Positions 44,356-54,633 of a DNA stretch of 64,000 nucleotides are shown piece by piece. This DNA is from Chloroflexota bacterium (GTDB lineage Bacteria; Chloroflexota; Dormibacteria; Dormibacterales; Dormibacteraceae), in contig VBHB01000081.1 of assembly GCA_005880315.1 (NCBI GenBank), positions 1,616 to 65,615 of the forward strand, read 5' to 3'. Position numbers and translations under genes: made by a program. The notes below the pieces were generated by a model, which ran no database searches, was not told the origin of the DNA, and saw nothing but the letters and a program-made list of their open reading frames with translations. The stretch's first letter is position 1; every line of letters begins with the position of its first letter.

Positions 44356-44910
44356 ATGGAACGCGCCGCCACACCTCCCCAGATCCTTCCCCCATCGGTC
44401 GACCGGCGCCTGTTCCAGGCGATCCACGGCCTACCCCACACGGCGCGCAGCGATCACTACATCTCGCTGGTTTCGGACCTCGGAGAAGGCCTCGGCTGGG
44501 TCGCGGCGGGGGTCTGCGTGGCGTGGCTGGGCGGGCAGAGGGGGAGGCGGGCAGGGATCGCGGCCGCTCTGGCTTCGCTGGGGACCACCTACGTGGTGCA
44601 GCGGATGGTCAAGCCGATCTTCAGGCGGCGCCGCCCGTTCGTGAGCCGCGAGGTGCTGGTCGTGGGGATCCGCGCCGCCGATGCTTCGTTTCCGTCGGGC
44701 CACACCGCTTCATCCTTTGCCGCGGCCACCGCACTCTCCACCTTTTATCCGAATGCAGCTCCGCTGGTCTTCACCCTGGCAACCCTGGTCGGGGCTTCGA
44801 GGATTCACCTGGGCCACCACTTTCCGAGTGACGTCACCGCCGGCGCGGTGATCGGCATCGGCACAGGCACCTTTACGGGATGGCTGCTCAAGCTCCCGAA
44901 GGTCCTGTGA
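44356..44910 (+). CDS. PAP2-family phosphatase
   Basis: KPIFRRRRP, PSGH and SRIHLGHHFPSD, the three PAP2 motifs. Confidence 0.85.
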   Translation: MERAATPPQILPPSVDRRLFQAIHGLPHTARSDHYISLVSDLGEGLGWVAAGVCVAWLGGQRGRRAGIAAALASLGTTYVVQRMVKPIFRRRRPFVSREVLVVGIRAADASFPSGHTASSFAAATALSTFYPNAAPLVFTLATLVGASRIHLGHHFPSDVTAGAVIGIGTGTFTGWLLKLPKVL

Positions 44911-45798
44911 TCAGCGGGGCAGGATCACTTTCACGGCGCTGATCTCGGCCGTGACCGTCGCCGGCGTCCGCCCGATCAGCACGTTGTCGGCGTAGACGCG
45001 AACGCGCGGTCTCGTCTTCACCGACACCTTCTGGAAGCGGAAGACCTGGCCGAGCCCTTCCTCGGCATGCTTCATCAAAAGAGCCGAGGCCAGCGCGCGG
45101 GCGGCGATGTCCGACCGCGTGCGCCCCGCGAGCACCGCGAACTCCAGGTCGTGATCCCGGGGTGTGCCGTCGCCCACGGGCAGCAGCGACCCGATGGAGG
45201 CCGTGTTGGTGAAGACGAGCGACATGGCCGAACCGCTTCCCTTCAGGTCGCCCTCCAGCTCGTACGTGAAGCGCTTGGCCGTCAGGACCATCGCAAGGTC
45301 GGTGGCCAGCGAGCCGTACTTCCGGTCCTTCAGAGTCTCGCCCAGGGCGATCGTCTCGCCGAAGAGACCGATGAGGCAGGCCTCGAGAAACACGGTCCCA
45401 TTGACGCGCCCGAGCGTGATGGGTCGCGCCCGGCCCGTCTTGACGATCTCGATCTGCCTGTCGAGGTTCGTTGGCAGGCCGAGCGCGAGCGCGAAGTTGT
45501 TGAAGGTGCCGAGCGAAAGAATGCCCACCGGATGCTTGGTGTCGGCCAGTTTGCGGACCACGAACTCCACACTGCCGTCGCCGCCGGCGACGACGATGCG
45601 CGCTCGCGGGGTGATCGCTTTTTCAAAATCTGCCTTGGGGTCGAACGGGATCACCAGGTGGTCGGCGAAAACCGCCCGCAGCCGGGCCTCGATCTCGGGC
45701 GTCAGGTTCCCCGCGCCGGTGCTGAGGATGAGCAGACGGCTTGCCTTGCGCTGGGTCGACTTCTCGGCGCCGGCGCGAGCAGCCGTTTTCACCCCCAT
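44911..45798 (-). CDS. Diacylglycerol/lipid kinase family protein (YegS/BmrU-like)
   Basis: IVVAGGDGSVEFVVRKL...LGTFNNFA. Confidence 0.85.
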   Translation of the reverse strand: MGVKTAARAGAEKSTQRKASRLLILSTGAGNLTPEIEARLRAVFADHLVIPFDPKADFEKAITPRARIVVAGGDGSVEFVVRKLADTKHPVGILSLGTFNNFALALGLPTNLDRQIEIVKTGRARPITLGRVNGTVFLEACLIGLFGETIALGETLKDRKYGSLATDLAMVLTAKRFTYELEGDLKGSGSAMSLVFTNTASIGSLLPVGDGTPRDHDLEFAVLAGRTRSDIAARALASALLMKHAEEGLGQVFRFQKVSVKTRPRVRVYADNVLIGRTPATVTAEISAVKVILPR

Positions 45799-45893
45799 AT
45801 GGTGGAAGAGCCCGGCCCTTGCAGGCCAGGCTCCCCCACCTCCTCAACGCACCGGCTCGGACGCATACCTGATCGCCGCAATATGCTCCATGG

Positions 45894-46367
45894 ATGGTCA
45901 TCCACAGCGACCTCGACGGCCTGACCGACGCGCAGGCGCGCCGCGCCCTCGAAGGGCTGCCTCGGTCCGACTACGAGATCGTGATCAAGCCACTCCGCTA
46001 CCGCACGTCTCCGCACCTGGCTGCTCGCTGCGAGTTCGAGGAACGCCGGATCGTGCTCCAGGTACCGGTCCCGTTCCGGCCCTTCAAGGAGCCGGTCATC
46101 TACTCCGCACGGCGCAAGCGAGGCCGCGGGCTGCGCTTTGCCTGGGCGTCCGAGAGCGTCTCGTTTCGCCTGCGCCGCGAAGTGCTGCGATTCCTCTACT
46201 GCCACGAATGGATGCACTGGTATCTGAAGGAGGTGCTGGGCAAGCGTTCGGCCGCGGAGACCGCATGCGACCGATTCGCGCTGCGCAATTTCAGGCGCCT
46301 CAAAGTTTCCACCGCGGACGCCGACGCCGCCCTGCGGCGCCGCGCACGAGCAAGGACTCCAACCTAG
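45894..46367 (+). CDS. Hypothetical basic protein with an HExxH motif (SprT/WLM-like?)
   Basis: 157 aa with the motif LYCHEWMHWY. It fills the gap between two well-supported genes. Confidence 0.5.
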   Translation: MVIHSDLDGLTDAQARRALEGLPRSDYEIVIKPLRYRTSPHLAARCEFEERRIVLQVPVPFRPFKEPVIYSARRKRGRGLRFAWASESVSFRLRREVLRFLYCHEWMHWYLKEVLGKRSAAETACDRFALRNFRRLKVSTADADAALRRRARARTPT

Positions 46368-47311
46368 CCGCGCAGCTCGACTGCGGCCTCCTCCTGATCG
46401 AGGTCGGACAACGCTGAACCTTCGATCTCGGCCAGGCTCTTGCCGCGGTCGCGCTCGAGCACCTTCATGCGCTTGTCGAACTGCGTGCTCGCGAAGTCGA
46501 TATACGTCTGCATGCGCTGGCCGAACGGTGGATTGGTTTCGTCGTACGCGTCCCAGAACTCGGTCACCACGGAGAGGGCAGGCCCCAAAAGCTCGTTCAT
46601 GCGGAGGTTCATCACCTCCCATCCTCCAGGCGTGGCATTGATCAGGCGGTTGAGGAGAAACACTCCATACCGGATGTGGCGACTCTCGTCGCGCGCGATG
46701 AGCCTGATGCCCTCGAGCAGGCCGGGCAGCTTGCCGGTGGTTTCGAGCGACTGCCGAAAGCCGTGATAGCCCGTCTCGGCCAGGACGCCCTCGATGACCA
46801 TGTTGTAGGTGACAGCGGCGCGAATCTGCGCGGTCGGCGACGGATCGCCCTTGAGCCTGCCCATGGCAGAGGGCAGCTCGACCAGGAACAGGTGGCTGTA
46901 GCTCGCGGTGAGGAAACGGCTCAGGTCCTCGTGAGCCGCGGGGACCATGTCCAACCAGCGCCGGAACAGCTCGACGTGCTTGGCCTCCTCCCATAAAAAG
47001 GACGTGAGGTAGATCTCTTCCTCGAGCCGCCCCTCCTGGGCCACGGCCATGATCAGCGGTAACAGGTCGGTCGTGACGCCTTCCTCGCCGGCCTGGAAGA
47101 GCGCGACCGTTCTGAGGATGAAATCCCGCTCCACCGAGGTCATCGCCTCCCAATCGGAGCCGTCGCGGCTGAGGTCGATCCCCTGAGGATCCCACGTGCC
47201 GAGTCGCTTGGCTTTCTGGAACAAGCGCATCGGCACCGAATCCCAGTCGAGCCCTCGGCCCGAGATGGTCTTGTAGCCGCTGCGAACGCCGTCGACCAAT
47301 CCCACGGCCAT
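46364..47311 (-). CDS. R2-like ligand-binding oxidase (R2lox)
   Basis: ...LDWDSVPMRLFQKAK...WDPQGIDLSRD..., metal motifs AGEEGVT, WEEAKH and RDESRH. Confidence 0.85.
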   Translation of the reverse strand: MAVGLVDGVRSGYKTISGRGLDWDSVPMRLFQKAKRLGTWDPQGIDLSRDGSDWEAMTSVERDFILRTVALFQAGEEGVTTDLLPLIMAVAQEGRLEEEIYLTSFLWEEAKHVELFRRWLDMVPAAHEDLSRFLTASYSHLFLVELPSAMGRLKGDPSPTAQIRAAVTYNMVIEGVLAETGYHGFRQSLETTGKLPGLLEGIRLIARDESRHIRYGVFLLNRLINATPGGWEVMNLRMNELLGPALSVVTEFWDAYDETNPPFGQRMQTYIDFASTQFDKRMKVLERDRGKSLAEIEGSALSDLDQEEAAVELRG

Positions 47312-47404
47312 ATGGTGAGGGACGAATGGATTCTTGTGGCACGCGTCAAGGCGGCAGGCCCGCCCCGCGGCGCCAGTGCGGGTGCTGCTAGACGTGCCGG
47401 CGAA

Positions 47405-48157
47405 TCAATTTCGTTTCGCGGCGCGGCCCTTGTGCTCGTCGCTGATGGAGCTCGCCAGCCGCGTCAGGGTCTTGGCGACCGCACTCGACGGCTCGGTAGC
47501 GACGAGGACCTCTCCCATCACCGCGGCGCGGTCGAAGCGCGCGCCGTCGTAAGCGATCTCCATGTGCATCGGCCGTTTGGTGACCCGCTCGGCGTCGGCA
47601 CGGGTGACCATGGTCTGGGGCCGCGGGTGGTTCAGGACCAGGCTGACGCGGGCCGGCGGGATGTCGAGCACCGTTTCGAAGATCTGCAGCAGGTCCGCGG
47701 TGTCCTTGAGCGTCGGGAGCTCTGCGGTAACCATCACGATGATTCGATTGGCGCGCTCGAGCACGCTCAGCGTGACCTCGGTCATCGCGACCCCCAGGTC
47801 GACCACGATGTAGCTGAACGTCTGCTCGAGCACGGCGAGCGCTCTCTGGACGAGCATCGGAGTGACCAGCTCGGACTGCTCGACGCGCAGCACGCTTGGG
47901 AGCACGACCATTCCGGTGTGGTGATGGAGCCCCGCTGCGAGGAGTGCCTCCTCGAAATGGTTCTCGTCCGGGCGCTCGCTCAGCGCGAGGCACCCGGCCG
48001 GCACCAGGTTGGCCACGAGGGCCGCATGGTTGTAAGGCAAGCTCAGATCGAGCAGAACGCAGTCGCCCCGGTGCTTCTGGCCGAGCGCAGCCGCGAGGTT
48101 GACAGCGATCGTCGTGCGGCCCGCGCCGCCTTTTACGGCATAGACGGCGATGATCAT
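47405..48157 (-). CDS. ParA/MinD/CpaE-like P-loop ATPase with a variant Walker A (KGGAGRTT)
   Basis: ATG at 48157 overlaps the upstream receiver stop (ATGA). MIIAVYAVKGGAGRTTIAVNLAAAL...IVVDLG. Confidence 0.8.
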   Translation of the reverse strand: MIIAVYAVKGGAGRTTIAVNLAAALGQKHRGDCVLLDLSLPYNHAALVANLVPAGCLALSERPDENHFEEALLAAGLHHHTGMVVLPSVLRVEQSELVTPMLVQRALAVLEQTFSYIVVDLGVAMTEVTLSVLERANRIIVMVTAELPTLKDTADLLQIFETVLDIPPARVSLVLNHPRPQTMVTRADAERVTKRPMHMEIAYDGARFDRAAVMGEVLVATEPSSAVAKTLTRLASSISDEHKGRAAKRN

Positions 48158-48567
48158 CCCGGGCCGCGGCTCAGAAAGTTGCGAACCTCGGTCGTGAGGA
48201 CCGCCGGGCTCACGGGCTTGACGATGAATCCCTGGCAACCCGCAGCCTTTGCCGACCTCTCGTAGAGCGGCATGTTTAGCCCCGTGAGGGCCACGATCGG
48301 AATTCCTGCCGTCCTGGACTTCGAGCGCAGCTCGCGAGTGAAGTCCAGCCCATCCATCCCGGGCAGGCCGATGTCCATGAGTATCAGGGCGGGCTTTCGC
48401 TTCGCGAGCGTCTCGCGCGCGTCCTCAGCCGATGCGCTGCCCGCGACCTCGTAGCCGGCAGCTTCGAGCACGGTCGATGCGAGCAACAAGCTGGCGGGAT
48501 CGTCTTCGACGATGAGGATGAGGGGTGTCTTCTTCTTTTTCATCATCGCGCTTGGTGGCGCGCCCAC
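48154..48567 (-). CDS. Single-domain response regulator (CheY-like receiver)
   Basis: LIVEDD...LILMDIGLPGMDG...KP. Confidence 0.9.
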   Translation of the reverse strand: MGAPPSAMMKKKKTPLILIVEDDPASLLLASTVLEAAGYEVAGSASAEDARETLAKRKPALILMDIGLPGMDGLDFTRELRSKSRTAGIPIVALTGLNMPLYERSAKAAGCQGFIVKPVSPAVLTTEVRNFLSRGPG

Positions 48568-48598
48568 AGTACGCCACCGCGCCGTCTAGCTTCTTCGT

Positions 48599-48975
48599 TC
48601 AGCGCGGTGTGGGAAGAAACTGGCGCACCTCGTTGGCGAAAGTGCGGGTGTTGATCGGTTTCGAGATATAGCCGGAGCAGCCCGCCTCGAGAGTCCTCTC
48701 CTTGTCCCCGAGCATTGCCAGCGCGGTGAGCGCGATGACGGGGATGGCGGCCGTCTTCTCGTCCTGCTTGAGCCTACGCGTAAGCGAGAGCCCATCGACT
48801 CCCGGCAGCTGCACGTCCATGAGAATCAGATCCGGCTCCCGCGCCGCCAGGATCTCGAGCGCCTCCTGTGAGTTGCCCGCCATCTCGACACTGAATCCAT
48901 CGCGTTCGAGCACTGCGCTGGCCAGCAGGCGATTCGCCTCGTTGTCCTCGACGATCAGAATCAGCGCCCGCCCGT

Positions 48976-48979
<4 letters not shown>
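48599..48979 (-). CDS. Single-domain response regulator (CheY-like receiver)
   Basis: ATG at 48979 overlaps the kinase stop (ATGA). LILIVEDNEANR...LILMDVQLPGVDG...YISKP. Confidence 0.9.
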
Positions 48980-51582
<2,603 letters not shown>

Positions 51583-51592
51583 GGGGGTAGCC

Positions 51593-52552
51593 TCAGGCCG
51601 CGCCGAGTCGGTGGATGGCCGGCATCTCTCCCACGAACAGTTCGACGACCTCGGGATCCCACTGTTGCCCTGCGCCATCGATCAGCACCGCAAGGGCCTG
51701 GTCCACGGGAAGCCTCGGCCGGTACGGGCGATCGTTGACCAGCGCATCGAAGGCGTCGCAGACGGAGACAATCCTCGCCAGCCGCGGGATCTCCCGGCTG
51801 CGCATGCCGTCAGGATAGCCACGCCCATCGAACCGCTCGTGGTGATGGCGGATGATCGGGAGCAGGCTCGATGCGGAGCGCAGTGGCCTGACGATGTTCT
51901 CGCCGATGATGACGTGCGAGCGCATGCGCTCGGTTTCAGCGGCGTCAAGCGGCCCCGGCTTGAGGAGGATGGCATCGGGGATGCCGATCTTGCCGATGTC
52001 GTGGATGATGCCGCCCCGGTACAGCGCGTCCAGCGCCACCTCTGGCAGGCCCAGCCGGGTGCCCAGGTGCCGAGCCGACTCGGCCACTCGCTGGGTGTGT
52101 TTCTCGGTCAGGGAGTCTTTCGCCTCCACTGCGGCGGCCAGCGAAAAGATCACCTGCTCCGCACTGTCGAGGGTGTTGTAGAGGGCTTTGAGCCGCAGCG
52201 CCGACCTGACACGGGCGACCAGCTCGACCCGCTCCACTGGCTTCGCCATGAAGTCGTCTGCTCCAGACTCCAGTGCCCGCACGCGATCGTCGGTCTGGTT
52301 CAGGGCCGTGATCATCACCACCGGCAGCAGCCGGCCGCGTGGAGCGGCTTTGATGCGGCGGCAGACTTCATAACCGTCGAGGCCCGGCATCTGGACGTCG
52401 AGAAGAACGAGGTCGGGGGGCTCGGCCTTGATCTGTTCGAGGGCGGATTCGCCGTTCTCCGCCATCCGAACCTCGCAATCGATTCCGGTCAGGTATGCCT
52501 GGACGAGCTGGCGGTTGGCAGCACCATCGTCAACTACGAGTACGACCGCCAT
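51593..52552 (-). CDS. Response regulator with HD-GYP domain (putative c-di-GMP phosphodiesterase, RpfG-like)
   Basis: Receiver domain (VLVVDD...LVLLDVQMPGLDG) followed by HD...HHERFDGRGYPDG. Confidence 0.9.
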   Translation of the reverse strand: MAVVLVVDDGAANRQLVQAYLTGIDCEVRMAENGESALEQIKAEPPDLVLLDVQMPGLDGYEVCRRIKAAPRGRLLPVVMITALNQTDDRVRALESGADDFMAKPVERVELVARVRSALRLKALYNTLDSAEQVIFSLAAAVEAKDSLTEKHTQRVAESARHLGTRLGLPEVALDALYRGGIIHDIGKIGIPDAILLKPGPLDAAETERMRSHVIIGENIVRPLRSASSLLPIIRHHHERFDGRGYPDGMRSREIPRLARIVSVCDAFDALVNDRPYRPRLPVDQALAVLIDGAGQQWDPEVVELFVGEMPAIHRLGAA

Positions 52553-52667
52553 GTCATGGCTGCCTGGCGTGAGGGGCTGTTAAGTGTGGCACGGAGCAGA
52601 AATTGTAGTCTGTAACGTTTGAAATAACGCCTTCTTAACGCTGTCTCCAAAACGTCCGCGCAGAGCG

Positions 52668-54050
52668 TCAGGCGGAGGCGGAGCGATCCATCCGGGCGGC
52701 GCCCGCGCTGCGCCCCGGAACGAGGTGCGTGAGAGCGTGGCGGAGCTGCCGGTTGGCGCCGGCGAGGTCGCCTCGCTTCTCGAGGATCTCGGCGTACTGC
52801 ACATGGCAGCGGCTCAGCCGTTCCGTCGCGCCGAGCGCGTCCAGGATTCCCCATGCCTCGCGGAACTCCGTGTCGACGCGCGCAGCATCACCCCGGTCGG
52901 CGGCGATGCGGCCCATCCACATATGGCAGTCGGCGATGGTGGCCTTCTCGTCGTGGCGCTCGGCCAGGCGCCGGGCTTCGGTCGCGAACCGCTCCGCGTC
53001 GTCCGGACGGGAACGAGCGATCTCCAGCTCGCACAGGCTCAGCAGCACGTCCGCCTTGCCCACCTCGACACCGCTTTCGTCGAAAAGGACGTTCGCGCGC
53101 TCCAAGTGGCCTTCCGCATCGACGAGATCGCCGCGACGGATGAGAACAAGGCCCAGGTTGTTCTCTGAGCGCGCCAGCGACAGCCGGTCGTCAAGAGTCT
53201 CGTGGATCGTGATTGCGCGCTGGGCGTAGTACTCGGCCATGTTCAGCTGGCCGATCTCACCGTATGCGCTGCTCAGGCCGCCATACATCATCGACAGTCG
53301 CCGCAGGTCCTGGACCACGGAGCCCGTGGCGATGGCGCTCTCATACGCATCGATCGCGGCCTTCCAGTCTTGGTTGACCGTGTGCACAGAGCCGAGCACG
53401 AAGAGCAGGCGGGCTTCGGTCGTTTGCGGAATGGGGTGCAGAGAACGGCAGACCTCCAGCGCTCGCTCGGCCAGGCCGAGCGCGGTCGGATCCTGTGCGA
53501 GGTAGGCCGCCGAAGCTTCATGGCCCAGGCATTCCGCTGTCATCAGGCGGTCCCCGGTTCTCTCGAAGTGGCTCCTGGCGGACACCGCCAGGCGGCGCGC
53601 TTCGGCCGGCTGGGCCAGGCGGAGAAGCGCGTAAGCCATGAGGGCTTTGGTGCGCGCGATCGTTTCCGGATCCTGGTCCTGCGCCAGGATTTCCCTGCCG
53701 GCGGCAACTGCCGCCTGGGGGTCGTTGGTAGCGAGCAGAAGCTCGACCTCGAGGGTGGGCGCCGATGAGCGCGGCTCCATCGTCGAGGGCCGGGCCAGGA
53801 AGAAGTCAAGGGGTCTTCCTGTCCGCTCGGCGATCAGCTTCAAAGTTTCCATCGAGGGCTTGGCCTTGCCCGTTTCGACGAAGTAGATCGCTGTGCGGCT
53901 GACGGCGCCGCCCGCAACCTGCGCAAGGCTCATACCGGCTTCCGCCCTGGCCTGCTTGACCGAACCCGGCCGGATCTCGACGCCGTGGCGTCGACCCCGC
54001 CGGCCCGAAGGGCGTCGAATCGGGTCGGGGCGCGTATCAACTTCCGGCAT
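52668..54050 (-). CDS. XRE-family HTH regulator fused to a large TPR domain
   Basis: VKQARAEAGMSLAQVAGGAVSRTAIYFVETGKAKPSMETLKLIAERTG (HTH_XRE) followed by about 370 aa of TPR-like repeats. Confidence 0.85.
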   Translation of the reverse strand: MPEVDTRPDPIRRPSGRRGRRHGVEIRPGSVKQARAEAGMSLAQVAGGAVSRTAIYFVETGKAKPSMETLKLIAERTGRPLDFFLARPSTMEPRSSAPTLEVELLLATNDPQAAVAAGREILAQDQDPETIARTKALMAYALLRLAQPAEARRLAVSARSHFERTGDRLMTAECLGHEASAAYLAQDPTALGLAERALEVCRSLHPIPQTTEARLLFVLGSVHTVNQDWKAAIDAYESAIATGSVVQDLRRLSMMYGGLSSAYGEIGQLNMAEYYAQRAITIHETLDDRLSLARSENNLGLVLIRRGDLVDAEGHLERANVLFDESGVEVGKADVLLSLCELEIARSRPDDAERFATEARRLAERHDEKATIADCHMWMGRIAADRGDAARVDTEFREAWGILDALGATERLSRCHVQYAEILEKRGDLAGANRQLRHALTHLVPGRSAGAARMDRSASA

Positions 54051-54123
54051 AGCGAGCCAGCTTATCGGACCTCAAGGGACTTGACAACGATCGATTAACG
54101 CCGCTTATGGCGTTTCAGGTCGA

Positions 54124-54219
54124 TCAGCAGCAGTGCGGCACCGGACCGGCGCCCACTGTGGTCGCCAGCGCGATCGCCATCGTCGCCGCCAGGATGGCAG
54201 CAAGGATCAGCTTCCTCAT
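54124..54219 (-). CDS. Unannotated 31-aa exported peptide MRKLILAAILAATMAIALATTVGAGPVPHCC
   Basis: Below the track cut-off. AGGAGG lies 8 nt before ATG at 54219. It has n-h-c signal regions with ALA at the cleavage position, which predicts the mature peptide TTVGAGPVPHCC. It lies 73 nt upstream of the XRE-TPR gene. Confidence 0.5.
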   Translation of the reverse strand: MRKLILAAILAATMAIALATTVGAGPVPHCC

Positions 54220-54224
54220 CAATC

Positions 54225-54476
54225 TCACCTCCTCTGCGCCGAGAGCGCCAGGAATCGGGAGAGTGGTGAAGTTCGGAGGCGAGTCGAAACGGTCCCGCCG
54301 TGGGCGGCGACCAGGCCGGCCACCGTGGCCGCGATCTTGATCGAGGCGAGGAGCGTTAAGCCGGCTGCGGCCGCAAACTCGAGTGCTACTGTCGAGCCGA
54401 TCAGGATGATGGCGCCAACCGCCGCCGGCAGCAGGGCAAGAGCAATGGCGGCGATCGAGACGGCCAGCAACGCCAT
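54225..54476 (-). CDS. Small (83-aa) Ala/Leu-rich membrane protein
   Basis: Track ORF with 2-3 hydrophobic helices. It ends 5 nt before the peptide sORF start, with its 3' end overlapping that RBS. The competing plus-strand ORFs are Arg-rich. Confidence 0.4.
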   Translation of the reverse strand: MALLAVSIAAIALALLPAAVGAIILIGSTVALEFAAAAGLTLLASIKIAATVAGLVAAHGGTVSTRLRTSPLSRFLALSAQRR

Positions 54477-54588
54477 CGGGCGCGCGGCCAGTGGTTCGCC
54501 GGCTTCGCCTAGCTCCTCCTTCTCCTCCTCTCGCTCGAAAAAGGCGGGGCCTTCGTCGTTCCCACCAATAGCGACCAGGGCGCGGGCA

Positions 54589-54619
54589 ATGTTAACTCAA
54601 GCTTCGGTTGAATTAACAT
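54589..54619. promoter_or_regulatory. AT-rich inverted repeat ATGTTAA-N17-TTAACAT in a divergent intergenic region
   Basis: ATGTTAA at 54589-54595 and TTAACAT at 54613-54619, with an inner AAGCTT palindrome. It lies 15 nt upstream of the kinase start and is by far the most AT-rich spot locally. Confidence 0.35.
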
Positions 54620-54633
54620 ACGGTTTCCGATAA

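Noticed and set aside
45789-47342. 517-aa minus-strand ORF, one of the longest in the track
   Set aside because: It lies out of frame over the well-supported R2lox gene and antisense to the HExxH ORF. The translation is Arg/Gly/Pro-rich with no motifs, which is a typical high-GC shadow ORF.
54107-54633. Plus-strand ORFs 54107..54340 and 54133..54633 in the regulator-kinase intergenic region
   Set aside because: The translations are Arg/Ser/Ala-rich with no RBS. The minus-strand sORFs have a strong RBS and signal-peptide or TM character, so I favour those, with moderate confidence only.
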